Assembly: GCF_000092105.1 (NCBI RefSeq)
Contig: NC_014148.1
Location: 4,440,001 to 4,472,000 of the forward strand
Direction of reading: 5' to 3'
DNA: 32,000 bases
From: Planctopirus limnophila DSM 3776
Lineage (GTDB): Bacteria > Planctomycetota > Planctomycetia > Planctomycetales > Planctomycetaceae
The notes beneath the pieces were generated by a model. That model was not told the DNA's origin, ran no database searches, and saw only the letters and a program-made list of their open reading frames with translations. Every line of letters starts with the position of its first letter. Position 1 is the stretch's first letter. Position numbers and translations under genes: made by a program. Shown here piece by piece: positions 7,100 through 16,280 of this stretch.

Positions 7100-7975
7100 A
7101 TGCCTGCCCGTATCATTGATGGAAAACTGATTGCCCAGCAGTCTCGCGAAGCATTGGCTCTTCAGGTCGCTGAGTTCACCGCCGCGACAAGCGTGACCCC
7201 TCGATTGGCTGCAGTTCTCGTGGGCGATGATCCCGCCAGCCAGGTCTATGTTTCCAGCAAGCAGAAAGCCTGTGCCAATGTTGGCATGGCCTCTGATCTG
7301 TTTCGTTTACCAGCCACGACCACTCAGGCCGAGTTACTTGAACTCGTGGATCGCCTCAACCACGATCCGTCGATCCACGGCATCCTCGTCCAACTGCCGC
7401 TCCCCTCGCATATTGATCCCGAAGCCGTTCTCGATGCGACACATCCTATGAAGGATGTCGATTGCTTCCATGCCGAGAACGTCGGGCTGCTCATTCAAGG
7501 TCGCCCAAGGTATCTTCCCTGCACACCTCACGGTGTTCAAGTTCTTCTTGAAGCGAGTGGCGTCTCGACCGATGGTGCCCACGTTGTCGTTTTAGGTCGT
7601 AGTGACATCGTGGGGAAACCACTCGCCAATCTGCTGGCTCTCAAAGGGCCCGGTGGTAACGCGACAGTGACACTTTGCCATAGCCGCACTCGCAACATTG
7701 CGAGCTTCACCCGTCAGGCTGATATTCTGGTGGCAGCCATTGGCCAGCCGCTGTTTGTCAAAGCCGATATGGTTCGTGAAGGAGCAGTCGTTATCGACGT
7801 GGGAACCAATCGACTCGATGGCAAACTGGTCGGCGATGTCGATTTCGCTGAAGTGTCTGAAAAGGCGGCTGCCATCACACCCGTTCCAGGTGGTGTGGGG
7901 CCCATGACCATTGCGATGCTTCTCAAAAACACACTCACTGCTGCCCGATTGCAGACGAAAACCATCGCCCGCTAG
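7100..7975 (+). CDS. folD: Bifunctional methylenetetrahydrofolate dehydrogenase/cyclohydrolase FolD
   Basis: 291 aa with MPARIIDGK...AAVLVGDDPASQVYVSSKQKAC...GILVQLPLP...HPMKDVDCF...CTPHGV...VVVLGRSDIVGKP...PVPGGVGPMT, colinear with the FolD family. Confidence 0.95.
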   Translation: MPARIIDGKLIAQQSREALALQVAEFTAATSVTPRLAAVLVGDDPASQVYVSSKQKACANVGMASDLFRLPATTTQAELLELVDRLNHDPSIHGILVQLPLPSHIDPEAVLDATHPMKDVDCFHAENVGLLIQGRPRYLPCTPHGVQVLLEASGVSTDGAHVVVLGRSDIVGKPLANLLALKGPGGNATVTLCHSRTRNIASFTRQADILVAAIGQPLFVKADMVREGAVVIDVGTNRLDGKLVGDVDFAEVSEKAAAITPVPGGVGPMTIAMLLKNTLTAARLQTKTIAR

Positions 7976-8207
7976 CGACTCGCCTTTATCATGGCGTCGA
8001 TATCGAATGGCCACGCGCCCCGCTGAGTTTGTCCCGAAAAGTCTCCCAGCTTCTACCAGCTTCCACAAACCGACCCTTTCACATCGATGAGTTCAATTTC
8101 TGGGCGAAACTTCTAATTCTCGCTCTGATGGAGTCAGTCCGTCGGTAGACTTAAAGCATTCATTATGATTGCGATGGGTCAGACTGTCTGGTGCGAGAGC
8201 TGCGATC

Positions 8208-9251
8208 ATGCCAAATTCTTACCAACTTCTATTGAACTCTGAGAGCGACCGTCTCCCTCGGATTGCTATAGCCATTACGTTTGGCCTGAGTCTGTTTTTA
8301 GCGATGAATGCTTCAACAGCTTTGGCAGAAACCATCACCATTCGGGCAGCTCAAATCACAGTCGCAGAGCAGCTGGAAATTCCGGCTTTAGAATCAGGCA
8401 CACTCGTCGAGCGACTTTTTCGCGAAGGCGAAGTCATCGAAGAAGGTCAGAAGATCGGCCAGATTGATGACCAGGTCGCCAGACTGGCGGCTGCCAAAGC
8501 CCGTGCCGAACTGGCCTTAGCCAAGGCACTGACAGAGAGTGACCTCAAGCTGCGATTTGCCCGCAAGAACGCCGAAGTCTCGAAAGCCGAACTGACGCGA
8601 TCACTTGAATCGGTTGCGCGTTATCCGAAGAGCGTTTCGCAGACCGAACTCGACCAATTGGCACTGGCTGCCCAGAAGGCCGAACTCGAGGTCGAGCAGG
8701 CTGAGTTTGATCAGCGGCAACTGGCACTCCAACAGGAGATTCGCGCACAGGAACTGGCAGGAGCCGAGTTAATGGTCGCCCGACGTGAAATCAAATCGCC
8801 CCTCTCTGGCACAGTGGTGAACTGGAAAAAACAGCGCGGCGAATGGGTGGATGCCGGGACACCTGTCGTGAGAGTTGTGCGATTAAATCCTTTGCGGATT
8901 GACACCTTTCTGCCATCCAGCCAGGCCCGACTGTTGCGGATCGGGCAGACAATTCAATTCCTCCCTGTGGCCGGTAAAAAATCTCCCATCGATCCGTCGA
9001 AAGAAACAGGAAATCAGCCTTCCCAAGTGAAAGCACTGGAAGGGAAGATCACTTTTATCAATCCCGAAGTCGATCCTGTCGGTCAACAGGTGCGGATCTG
9101 GATCGAACTTCCCAACCCGGAATTGTCACTTCGACCCGGCGATCGTGGTGATGTCACTCTGGAATTACCAGAAACTGACGCGCCAGGAACCCCACTGAAA
9201 TCCACGAACACTGGCAAGCCTGCTACGATTCCCGGTTTACCACCTCGCTGA
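8208..9251 (+). CDS. HlyD-family periplasmic adaptor (membrane fusion protein)
   Basis: N-terminal TM anchor IAIAITFGLSLFLAMNA, then a lipoyl-like half (GTLVERLFREGEVIEEGQKIGQID). A long Ala/Glu/Leu coiled coil follows, then the second lipoyl half IKSPLSGTVVNWKKQRGEWVDAGTPVVRV. The start is set at the ATG at 8208; the track start at 8169 is a TTG. Confidence 0.8.
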   Translation: MPNSYQLLLNSESDRLPRIAIAITFGLSLFLAMNASTALAETITIRAAQITVAEQLEIPALESGTLVERLFREGEVIEEGQKIGQIDDQVARLAAAKARAELALAKALTESDLKLRFARKNAEVSKAELTRSLESVARYPKSVSQTELDQLALAAQKAELEVEQAEFDQRQLALQQEIRAQELAGAELMVARREIKSPLSGTVVNWKKQRGEWVDAGTPVVRVVRLNPLRIDTFLPSSQARLLRIGQTIQFLPVAGKKSPIDPSKETGNQPSQVKALEGKITFINPEVDPVGQQVRIWIELPNPELSLRPGDRGDVTLELPETDAPGTPLKSTNTGKPATIPGLPPR

Positions 9252-9355
9252 ATCCGCGATGTGTCATTTTCGTGCCAGACGGCTGCTTCGACAGCTTCTC
9301 TTGAGAGTGATCAAACCTCTGCTGATCGACTCCAGCACACAGTTCCACCAGTTTG

Positions 9356-10396
9356 CTACATCGCTCGACGTTTCGCGTCTGCATTTCTCAACGCATCCGC
9401 AAAATGAGGCTTCAACGCATGAGTTGATTCATGATTCGAGAGTCGTGCTTCTGCTATTTGAGGCAACATCTGTTCGAAGTGCTGAACCAGAATTTGATCA
9501 TATTGGCCGGGTTCTGTATGACGGGCCTTGTTATGTTTAGCCTTGGGGACAATCCAGACTTTTGCCAGAGGCGAACGGATCCGACGCATCAGTTCCTGAC
9601 TCAAGTAGTAAGGAACATAATTATCTTTCTCACCAGCAATAAACAACGTCGGACACGACTTGAGTCGCTTTAAGTAAGATTCAATGTGGACATATTGAAC
9701 CTTTCTCCGCCGGGCACTCAAAAACTGGACAATCGCCACTGTGGAACGGTAGTGCCAATCGGGAATCAACGATTCGGCCCATTGAGGCATATAAATCGAT
9801 GCCCAGCGGGAAACAAAATGAAATGCCAGCATGGAAAGCGAATAGGCACCATCGCAGCAGGCCACGAGAACATGCGGATATCGAGCTGCGACCCAGAGTG
9901 CCGCTGTGGAACCTCGACTGACCCCCATCACACCCAGTGGCAAACTGCTGAATTCCGCATGACTCTCGATCCACTCCAGTGCTGAAATCGTATCGTCGAT
10001 CTCATAGCGAGTCATCCACTGGTTGGGTTCATAGCCTGCTAAAGAGTCGCTCTCTCCCTGACTGCGGAAGTCGAATGAAATCACAGCAAAACCAGCTCGG
10101 ATCAGGCCATCGCAATAATGACGCGCCAACCAGTGCGTGCCATCCAGCTCGGTGCAGAACAAAATCACTCCCCGAGGCAGACCAGCTGGCGGTCGATGAA
10201 CCGCACCTCGCAACGTCAGACCGAGAGTCGTTTTGAATGTGATTCTTTCTGCTGCAGGATCAGGAAGAACCTGTGCCACGTTAAATGGCGGTTTGATATC
10301 AAATGTCGAAAGGACAATTCGTACATAAATAATACGAATGACAACTTCGATTGACAGTAGTGCGATCAACAGGCAGATGGTGATCGTAAGGCCCAT
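9356..10396 (-). CDS. Membrane-anchored alpha/beta-fold hydrolase
   Basis: N-terminal TM helix MGLTITICLLIALLSIEVVIRII, a nucleophile elbow GVMGVSRGS (GxSxG), and candidate acid (FIAGEKDNYVP) and His (PKAKHNK) positions. Confidence 0.8.
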   Translation of the reverse strand: MGLTITICLLIALLSIEVVIRIIYVRIVLSTFDIKPPFNVAQVLPDPAAERITFKTTLGLTLRGAVHRPPAGLPRGVILFCTELDGTHWLARHYCDGLIRAGFAVISFDFRSQGESDSLAGYEPNQWMTRYEIDDTISALEWIESHAEFSSLPLGVMGVSRGSTAALWVAARYPHVLVACCDGAYSLSMLAFHFVSRWASIYMPQWAESLIPDWHYRSTVAIVQFLSARRRKVQYVHIESYLKRLKSCPTLFIAGEKDNYVPYYLSQELMRRIRSPLAKVWIVPKAKHNKARHTEPGQYDQILVQHFEQMLPQIAEARLSNHESTHALKPHFADALRNADAKRRAM

Positions 10397-10530
10397 AGTT
10401 TCGCTCTAATTCAGATCGATTCATGAAAGATCGCCACAGTCATTCAGTTGAGTCATTTGTAAATACGATGATTCAACACATGGTCTTGAGCGACAAGTAT
10501 GCACGAGGTCAGTTCGGGCAGTTTCCAGAA

Positions 10531-11799
10531 TCAGTAGTCGTAACGAATTCCCAGGCCAGTCAATTGAGTCGTATTCCCCAGGAAGGAAAGCTGGTTATCG
10601 GCACCATTGTAAAACTGGAAGCCAGCTCTAAAGGTGTGGTCACTCGTGTCGCCGCGCCACTGCCAGCCGATGAGAATGTTAATACTCCCGCCCCAGTCAT
10701 TCTCTTCCATGAGATGGACGTTACAGGCTGCGAACGGTGCTCCGCGAAATCCCGTAGGACCAGGCGGGTTATACTCTGCCCCAAACTGAACTTCCCAGGG
10801 GCCTGCTCCATCAGTCAGGTAGAAGCCATAGCCAACCTCAAAATAGGTTCTTAACTCAGGAACGGGGAAGTATCCCACGCCTGTTACCAGACAATCCCGG
10901 CTGTAGTTCCTACGAACAAAAGTCGGATTTTTCAGAATAAATTCGTCACCCAGGTGGCTACTGATATGGTAGTAGCCGAACTTCCACTGGAAGGGACCTT
11001 CTCGATAGGTAATTGGTGTACCAATGCGGTAGTCAGTCGCCATGACATCCCGCTCAGTTTCGGGGAGCATTCGCAAGAAGGCACCACCTTCGACATCCCA
11101 TTGCCAACCTTCGGGATCGATTCCGCGTGCTGTACCATAGCGCAAGAGACCAAATCGACCGCCAAGCACAGAATCCCAGTACGATTGGCCGCCATTGGTG
11201 GGGAATAGCCACGACGTCGACATGCGAGGTTCTTTTTCACCGGCGATATACGATTTATACATCAAACCTTCTGGGACGATATGCCATGACCAGGGTTCGT
11301 CAGCATCCCACACCGGTTGAGCAGCTTCGGGCAGGTAGGCATTCGGAGATGCTGGAGCCCACGGCCCGGCATTCATCGATGAGGCTGGTGCCGGAGAACT
11401 CAACGGATTGAGAATTGATCCGGAGTCGTCTGCTGTCGTCTCGTCATAGCTACCTGGTGGTGCAGGAATTCCACTCTCTGAATTTCCGGGAATCTGCCGG
11501 TAGGAAACTGGCGAAATTTCTCGTTGCCCGACTTCATTGAGATTCAGTTCCATGGTGGGGAGTGTCTGATACTCTCCAGAGAACGGATCATTGCTACCGA
11601 CCGATGGGATCGCTGTTGAACGCGGACTTGTTTCTGCAACTGGACTCCGCTTGAAGCGGGGATCCACAGGGAGAGCGGAATTGCGCCCTTGCGGATTTCG
11701 AGGCAATGGCGGGCCGTTCACTTGTGCCAGTGCCATCGACGCTGTGCTGAACAGCAGGAGCGCGGGAATCATGGCCAGGCAACCTGCGAATGCACGCAT
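10531..11799 (-). CDS. Secreted protein, DUF1207-like (putative outer-membrane beta-barrel)
   Basis: The start is moved to MRAFAGCLAMIPALLLFSTASMALAQ (signal peptide, ATG at 11799). The C-terminal roughly 270 aa are rich in alternating aromatic/Gly beta-strand patterns and end ...GLGIRYDY. YKSYIAGEKEPRMS resembles the DUF1207 EPR motif as I recall it. The family assignment is from memory, not from a search. Confidence 0.6.
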   Translation of the reverse strand: MRAFAGCLAMIPALLLFSTASMALAQVNGPPLPRNPQGRNSALPVDPRFKRSPVAETSPRSTAIPSVGSNDPFSGEYQTLPTMELNLNEVGQREISPVSYRQIPGNSESGIPAPPGSYDETTADDSGSILNPLSSPAPASSMNAGPWAPASPNAYLPEAAQPVWDADEPWSWHIVPEGLMYKSYIAGEKEPRMSTSWLFPTNGGQSYWDSVLGGRFGLLRYGTARGIDPEGWQWDVEGGAFLRMLPETERDVMATDYRIGTPITYREGPFQWKFGYYHISSHLGDEFILKNPTFVRRNYSRDCLVTGVGYFPVPELRTYFEVGYGFYLTDGAGPWEVQFGAEYNPPGPTGFRGAPFAACNVHLMEENDWGGSINILIGWQWRGDTSDHTFRAGFQFYNGADNQLSFLGNTTQLTGLGIRYDY

Positions 11800-12566
11800 C
11801 TGCCCCGCCAGGATTACCTTGCAACAGGCGGCGGCAATAAACCGCTGTGACCAGTCGTGTGCCATTATGCTGGTTTCATCGTCAAAAGCAGATGTGCCGC
11901 AGGCTACAGAAGCGACCACCATTGGTCTTGCCATGCAGAGACATATCTGGAGGGAATGGATTGTGGAAAAGGTTCGGACGGGAATGACCAAGCCGCGCAG
12001 TGATTTTGAAATCGCTGAAGATCGATAGAAGCCGGCAGGGAGGACAGGATGTTGAGGATGAAGACAGGAAAAGCTGGTTGTCGAGCAATCCTGTTCTATC
12101 GGAGTTCAGGTTTCTTGCCCAGACCTGTCCACCGGCATAAAGCCAGGAATGAACCCAACCTTGCGGAAGTGAAAGTCGTGCCAGGCGTGGTTTCAGCAAG
12201 AATTGCCACCAACTGTTGAAAATCGGCAGAACTGGCGGCAGGAGCCGGACTTCAATCCGAGAAAACATGAACAGATGAAACCCTGCAATCGCTTTGGCCA
12301 AAACGAAAAGATTCCCCGGCCTCTTCCGGCCTGATGCGACGATTGCCAAATCTGATGTGTCGCCAAGCTCGTTTCTGCACTGGGTGTTTGAACATAAAAC
12401 ACTGCGCAGAAATAATTTGCGTCACAAAATCCGCCCGAGCCAAGTGAGCAGCCAATCGCTGCACTTCAGAGATGACGTTGAGTGGTGCTAGCACTCGCAA
12501 CTCACCGTGGCGAGAGCCGCTCGACAAAGCTAAAATCCTCATCACTTTGTGAAGGATGATGTTTCC

Positions 12567-13622
12567 ATGACTGCCTTGCCTGTTCGCGTTGGTCTAATCG
12601 GTGCTGGAGCAAATACTGTCGCCAGGCACATTCCCGGTTTTCGAGCAATTGCCGGCGTAACGATCGCGGCTGTCGCCAATCGAACGTTGGCCTCGGCCCA
12701 GAAAATTGCCACGCAGCATGCGATCCCGACAACGTACAGCACCTGGCAAGAGTTGTTGGCAGACCCTCAAATCGACGCTGTCTGTATCGGGACATGGCCC
12801 GACACTCATGCCGAGATCACCTGTGCGGCACTAAAGGCTGGTAAGCATGTGCTGTGCGAAGCCCGCATGGCTCGCAATGTGGCCGAAGCCCGTCAGATGT
12901 TACATGCCAGTCAGGAACGACCCCAACAGGTGGCGATGCTGGTTCCCAGCCCCTTCGGCTTGCGGGTTGATGCCGAAGTTCGAAGTCTCCTCGAACGAAA
13001 CTTTATTGGAGATTTACGGCAGGTTGTCGTGATTGGTCTCGACGATCAGTTTTATGATTACTCGCAGAACCTGCATTGGCGTCAGGATTCCGAAAAAAGT
13101 GGTTTGAACGCACTGACGATGGGGATTCTGCATGAAACCGCCATGCGCTGGATCCCTCCCACGAACAAGGTCTTTGCACAAACTCAAATCTTTGAACCCA
13201 CCCGGCCAAACCCCCATTCCGACGAAAATCTCCCTGTCACCACACCCGAACTGGTGCACGTACTGACAGAATTGGAAGGCCACGCCCGCGGAGTTTATCA
13301 ATTCTCAGGGATGGCTCTCCATGCCCCCGTCAAGCAGATTCACCTGTATGGCAGTACGGGAACAATCCGTGTGGAGTTCGGGGCCACTGAGAAACTGCTG
13401 GTGGGCAGGCCCGGTCAACCGCAACTGGTCGAGGTGGAAATTCCAGCCGAGCGACTCGGCAAATGGCGTGTGGAAGCGGAGTTCATTGGTGCCATTCGGG
13501 GGGAAGAGCCTGTCCGCCTCACATCGTTTGCGACCGGACTGGAGTATATGAAGTTTACCGAAGCCGTCGCACGAAGTGCCCAGACAGGTCGCCTATTCTC
13601 ATTGGAAGAGACTCTCAATTAG
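12567..13622 (+). CDS. Gfo/Idh/MocA-family NAD(P)-dependent oxidoreductase
   Basis: N-terminal Rossmann motif VRVGLIGAGANTVARHIPGF, then HVLCEARMA, which resembles the family EKP motif region. The ATG at 12567 is preferred and the GTG at 12549 is possible. Confidence 0.85.
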   Translation: MTALPVRVGLIGAGANTVARHIPGFRAIAGVTIAAVANRTLASAQKIATQHAIPTTYSTWQELLADPQIDAVCIGTWPDTHAEITCAALKAGKHVLCEARMARNVAEARQMLHASQERPQQVAMLVPSPFGLRVDAEVRSLLERNFIGDLRQVVVIGLDDQFYDYSQNLHWRQDSEKSGLNALTMGILHETAMRWIPPTNKVFAQTQIFEPTRPNPHSDENLPVTTPELVHVLTELEGHARGVYQFSGMALHAPVKQIHLYGSTGTIRVEFGATEKLLVGRPGQPQLVEVEIPAERLGKWRVEAEFIGAIRGEEPVRLTSFATGLEYMKFTEAVARSAQTGRLFSLEETLN

Positions 13623-13898
13623 CCATGGTCACTCACTGAACGCTCGTCGGGTCTCCTGGAGCGCAGCGGAATACACCATTCTCCTGACAGAACGAACACC
13701 CAACGACATTCTTCTGCATCGCAGCCTTGTTTATGAACGTCCAAAACCTGCTTCGCACCGATGAATCCGGTTCGAATTGGTGTTCTCGGCGAACTTTTCC
13801 GGGGAATCGTGTGTGAGTTCCTTGTCGGCTCTCTGACATGCCGATACACTTCGAACACGGTGGACAGTTAAGAAATCTAATTGTTTCATCAACATTGA

Positions 13899-13972
<74 letters not shown>

Positions 13973-13976
13973 CTTG

Positions 13977-14020
13977 AAAAGCCCGAGATCACTCGATTGT
14001 GGTCTCGGGCTTTTCCTTTT
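13977..14020 (+). terminator. Rho-independent terminator after the tRNA
   Basis: Stem gcccgaga (13981-13988) pairs with tctcgggc (14003-14010) and is followed by ttttcctttt. Confidence 0.7.
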
Positions 14021-14235
14021 CGAGTCACCTCTCTTCAAGCATTTCTTCTGGCCTTTGCGCCGTGATCTTTGAGCGCACCCTGCCCACCCATTGCGGCGTT
14101 TGACGTTGGCTGATCCAGTCCACAGATTTCTCATGAATCCACAAAATAAACACTGGACCGATAAACACTCACCGACTAGCTTGTTTCCGATAGTCAGTTT
14201 TTAAAAACACAGTCGTTTGTGGCAGGGGATCACTG

Positions 14236-14544
14236 ATGCTGGGTCTGTTTCTTGGTGCTGCCATTCTGGGCCTGATCATCTCGATCATGGAGGAAGGAGA
14301 GTTTCCCGGCTGGGGGAAAATGATCGTTTGTGTGCTGGCCGCCGTTATCCCAGCCGCCATCTTGAATGCCTTCCTGCCGCCCGAATTGTTCCTCGTCGGT
14401 TTAGCAGTCGGTGCCTTCTGCGCCGGTTGTGCGATATCGGCTTTGTGTGGCATGTCTGTCCAGCGTGCGGCCATCGCTGCCAGTATTTATCTGGGGATCA
14501 ATGTGGCCCTCTCGCTGACATTGAGTGCCCTGCTCTCCCGATGA
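14236..14544 (+). CDS. Small hydrophobic membrane protein (about 3-4 TM), unknown function
   Basis: 102 aa, almost entirely hydrophobic segments (LGLFLGAAILGLIISI, MIVCVLAAVIPAAIL, LFLVGLAVGAFCAGCAISAL, IYLGINVALSLTLSALL). GGGGA lies 6 nt upstream of the ATG. Confidence 0.5.
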   Translation: MLGLFLGAAILGLIISIMEEGEFPGWGKMIVCVLAAVIPAAILNAFLPPELFLVGLAVGAFCAGCAISALCGMSVQRAAIAASIYLGINVALSLTLSALLSR

Positions 14545-14670
14545 TTGAAATTCTTGACGGATCCGGAGATGCAAGACCGCTTTGTCCCGGCAGCAGTCCA
14601 ATCATTTGCAAATCTGGATGATACAGATTGCGAATAGAAACTATCGCCATCGTCCTGTGGAGTTCAGTCC

Positions 14671-15549
14671 ATGTTTCGCTGTGTCATATGGGCTGCTAAG
14701 TTTTCTCATCAGTTCCCGAGACCAATTTTCTACTTCTGGCGACTACGATCAATCCTTAACCCGCTGATTCTGGTGGTCACAGCATTCATACTGGTTGCTC
14801 TATCTGCCGACGAAGCCAGTGATCCTCTGAAGGTTCAATACCTTGAAATCCGACTCACACACGCAGAACAACAAGAGATCACAAAACTGATCGACCTGCT
14901 TGAGTTTGTTTCGGACGGGGAGGAATCAGATTCATTCGATGAACTGATTGCAGAATATCCGTATGACGGATCGGATGCCGCATATCAAAAGGTGCAGAAT
15001 GCTTACCAGAAACTCAAAGATTATCGGGTGCAATCACTCCCGTTGCTGGTTCAGCATTTGAAAGACAAGCGCAGTTCACTCAGTTTCCCTTACGGTGCCA
15101 TGGGAGGCAGGTTTACTGTTGGAAACGCCTGCTATTGGAATATCTATTCTCAACTGGTGGATCTCCCCGAAGAATACTCAAGGCATGGATATTCTCGATT
15201 AGGACGAGGTGGCAAGATTCATCGCCAACCCCAGGATTGTGCCAATCTTTTTGATCATGCTGGGGGAATCGACCAGTGGTTAAAGCAGAATTCTCATTTC
15301 TGCTATATCGAAATGCAGATTCAAAGTCTGAAATGGCTACTTGGTGAAGAGAAGAAAATCGGCATTCCAAAGCCAAAATCTTATTTCTTGTATATACTTC
15401 CACTGGAGATTCAGATTCTCCGCAAGCAGAAAATCATGGGTTTACCAGTTGATGACGCACTGAAGCACCTGGAGCAGGCACTCCAGGAGAGAGATCTTTC
15501 AATAGTCCCCAAAGACCTCCTGGCTGATGAACCGCAGGACCTGCCCTGA
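14671..15549 (+). CDS. Hypothetical protein with an N-terminal TM anchor, unknown family
   Basis: 292 aa. GGAG lies 8 nt upstream of the ATG. A single TM segment ILNPLILVVTAFILVALSA is followed by a soluble helical-looking domain. GC is visibly lower than in neighbours (hand counts of 37-47 percent on sampled 60 nt lines, against about 53-55 percent in folD). Confidence 0.6.
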   Translation: MFRCVIWAAKFSHQFPRPIFYFWRLRSILNPLILVVTAFILVALSADEASDPLKVQYLEIRLTHAEQQEITKLIDLLEFVSDGEESDSFDELIAEYPYDGSDAAYQKVQNAYQKLKDYRVQSLPLLVQHLKDKRSSLSFPYGAMGGRFTVGNACYWNIYSQLVDLPEEYSRHGYSRLGRGGKIHRQPQDCANLFDHAGGIDQWLKQNSHFCYIEMQIQSLKWLLGEEKKIGIPKPKSYFLYILPLEIQILRKQKIMGLPVDDALKHLEQALQERDLSIVPKDLLADEPQDLP

Positions 15550-16025
15550 TGTCACCTCGAGAGATCGTCACTGATGATCAGCCTGGAAATGGCTTTGGGT
15601 TGCCACTGCGACTGCTTGCGGGCTTCCAGTTTCTCGGTGGGATTGTATTCGCACCTTTCACCTGGGTGCTGATTTTTGCACCTCTGGGTATATTCTCCCC
15701 TGAGTACCAATACCATCTCCGGGATGTCCTATTGTCAGTCATGGGCGCCCCATTGGCGATCACCGGCTATTTTGTCTGGGGAAACTGGTTCTTGTATGCC
15801 GTTCGAGGACGTTTCTTTCGGAATTGGGGAGTGGCCGTTCAACTGATCTCACTGATGAATCACCTCGGTTGGTTCGTTTGCTTTCCATTGATTCGTCAGC
15901 AGTCATTCTTTGCATTTCTGGAAACTGCACCGGTGATTGCCGCCTGGCTGCTGTTCAATATCTTTGTGTCGATGATGTTAGGGCTCTATTTTCTCGACAA
16001 ATCTCGCACGACCTATGATTTTTGA
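15549..16025 (+). CDS. Hypothetical 4-TM membrane protein, translationally coupled to the upstream gene
   Basis: 158 aa. Its ATG overlaps the upstream TGA by 1 nt (cTGATG at 15547-15551). There are four hydrophobic segments and no recognised motif. Confidence 0.6.
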   Translation: MSPREIVTDDQPGNGFGLPLRLLAGFQFLGGIVFAPFTWVLIFAPLGIFSPEYQYHLRDVLLSVMGAPLAITGYFVWGNWFLYAVRGRFFRNWGVAVQLISLMNHLGWFVCFPLIRQQSFFAFLETAPVIAAWLLFNIFVSMMLGLYFLDKSRTTYDF

Positions 16026-16280
16026 TCGAAGCCGAACATCTTCCTCCTGCCGATAGGCAGGCGCCGCAGTCTGCAGCTCACGGGTTGTCATCAGCAAAAG
16101 CCTACTCACTACGAACTCTTGGCATTCATCCAATTGTGGTTGAATTGCCCATCACTCACAGTTTACATTTGAACATCTGGGACTTCCTCTTGATGATTGA
16201 TCAGGATGTCGTCTTTCAAAGCGTCGAGTGATCACTGTTGTGAATTTGGTGGCGGCGGTTGCAACTGACCAGGAACTTGA

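Noticed and set aside
6717-7130. 137 aa + strand ORF overlapping the end of the His-rich gene and the folD leader
   Set aside because: It is an alternative frame of the His-rich CDS, continuing through the tandem repeat. It has no start context, and the frame starting at 6572 shows the striking internal duplication.
13973-16280. Integrated mobile element or prophage remnant at the tRNA-Met locus
   Set aside because: There is no integrase, recombinase or transposase ORF, and I could not find a direct repeat of the tRNA 3-prime end downstream by eye. Only compositional oddity remains, and that is reported as a finding with this caveat.
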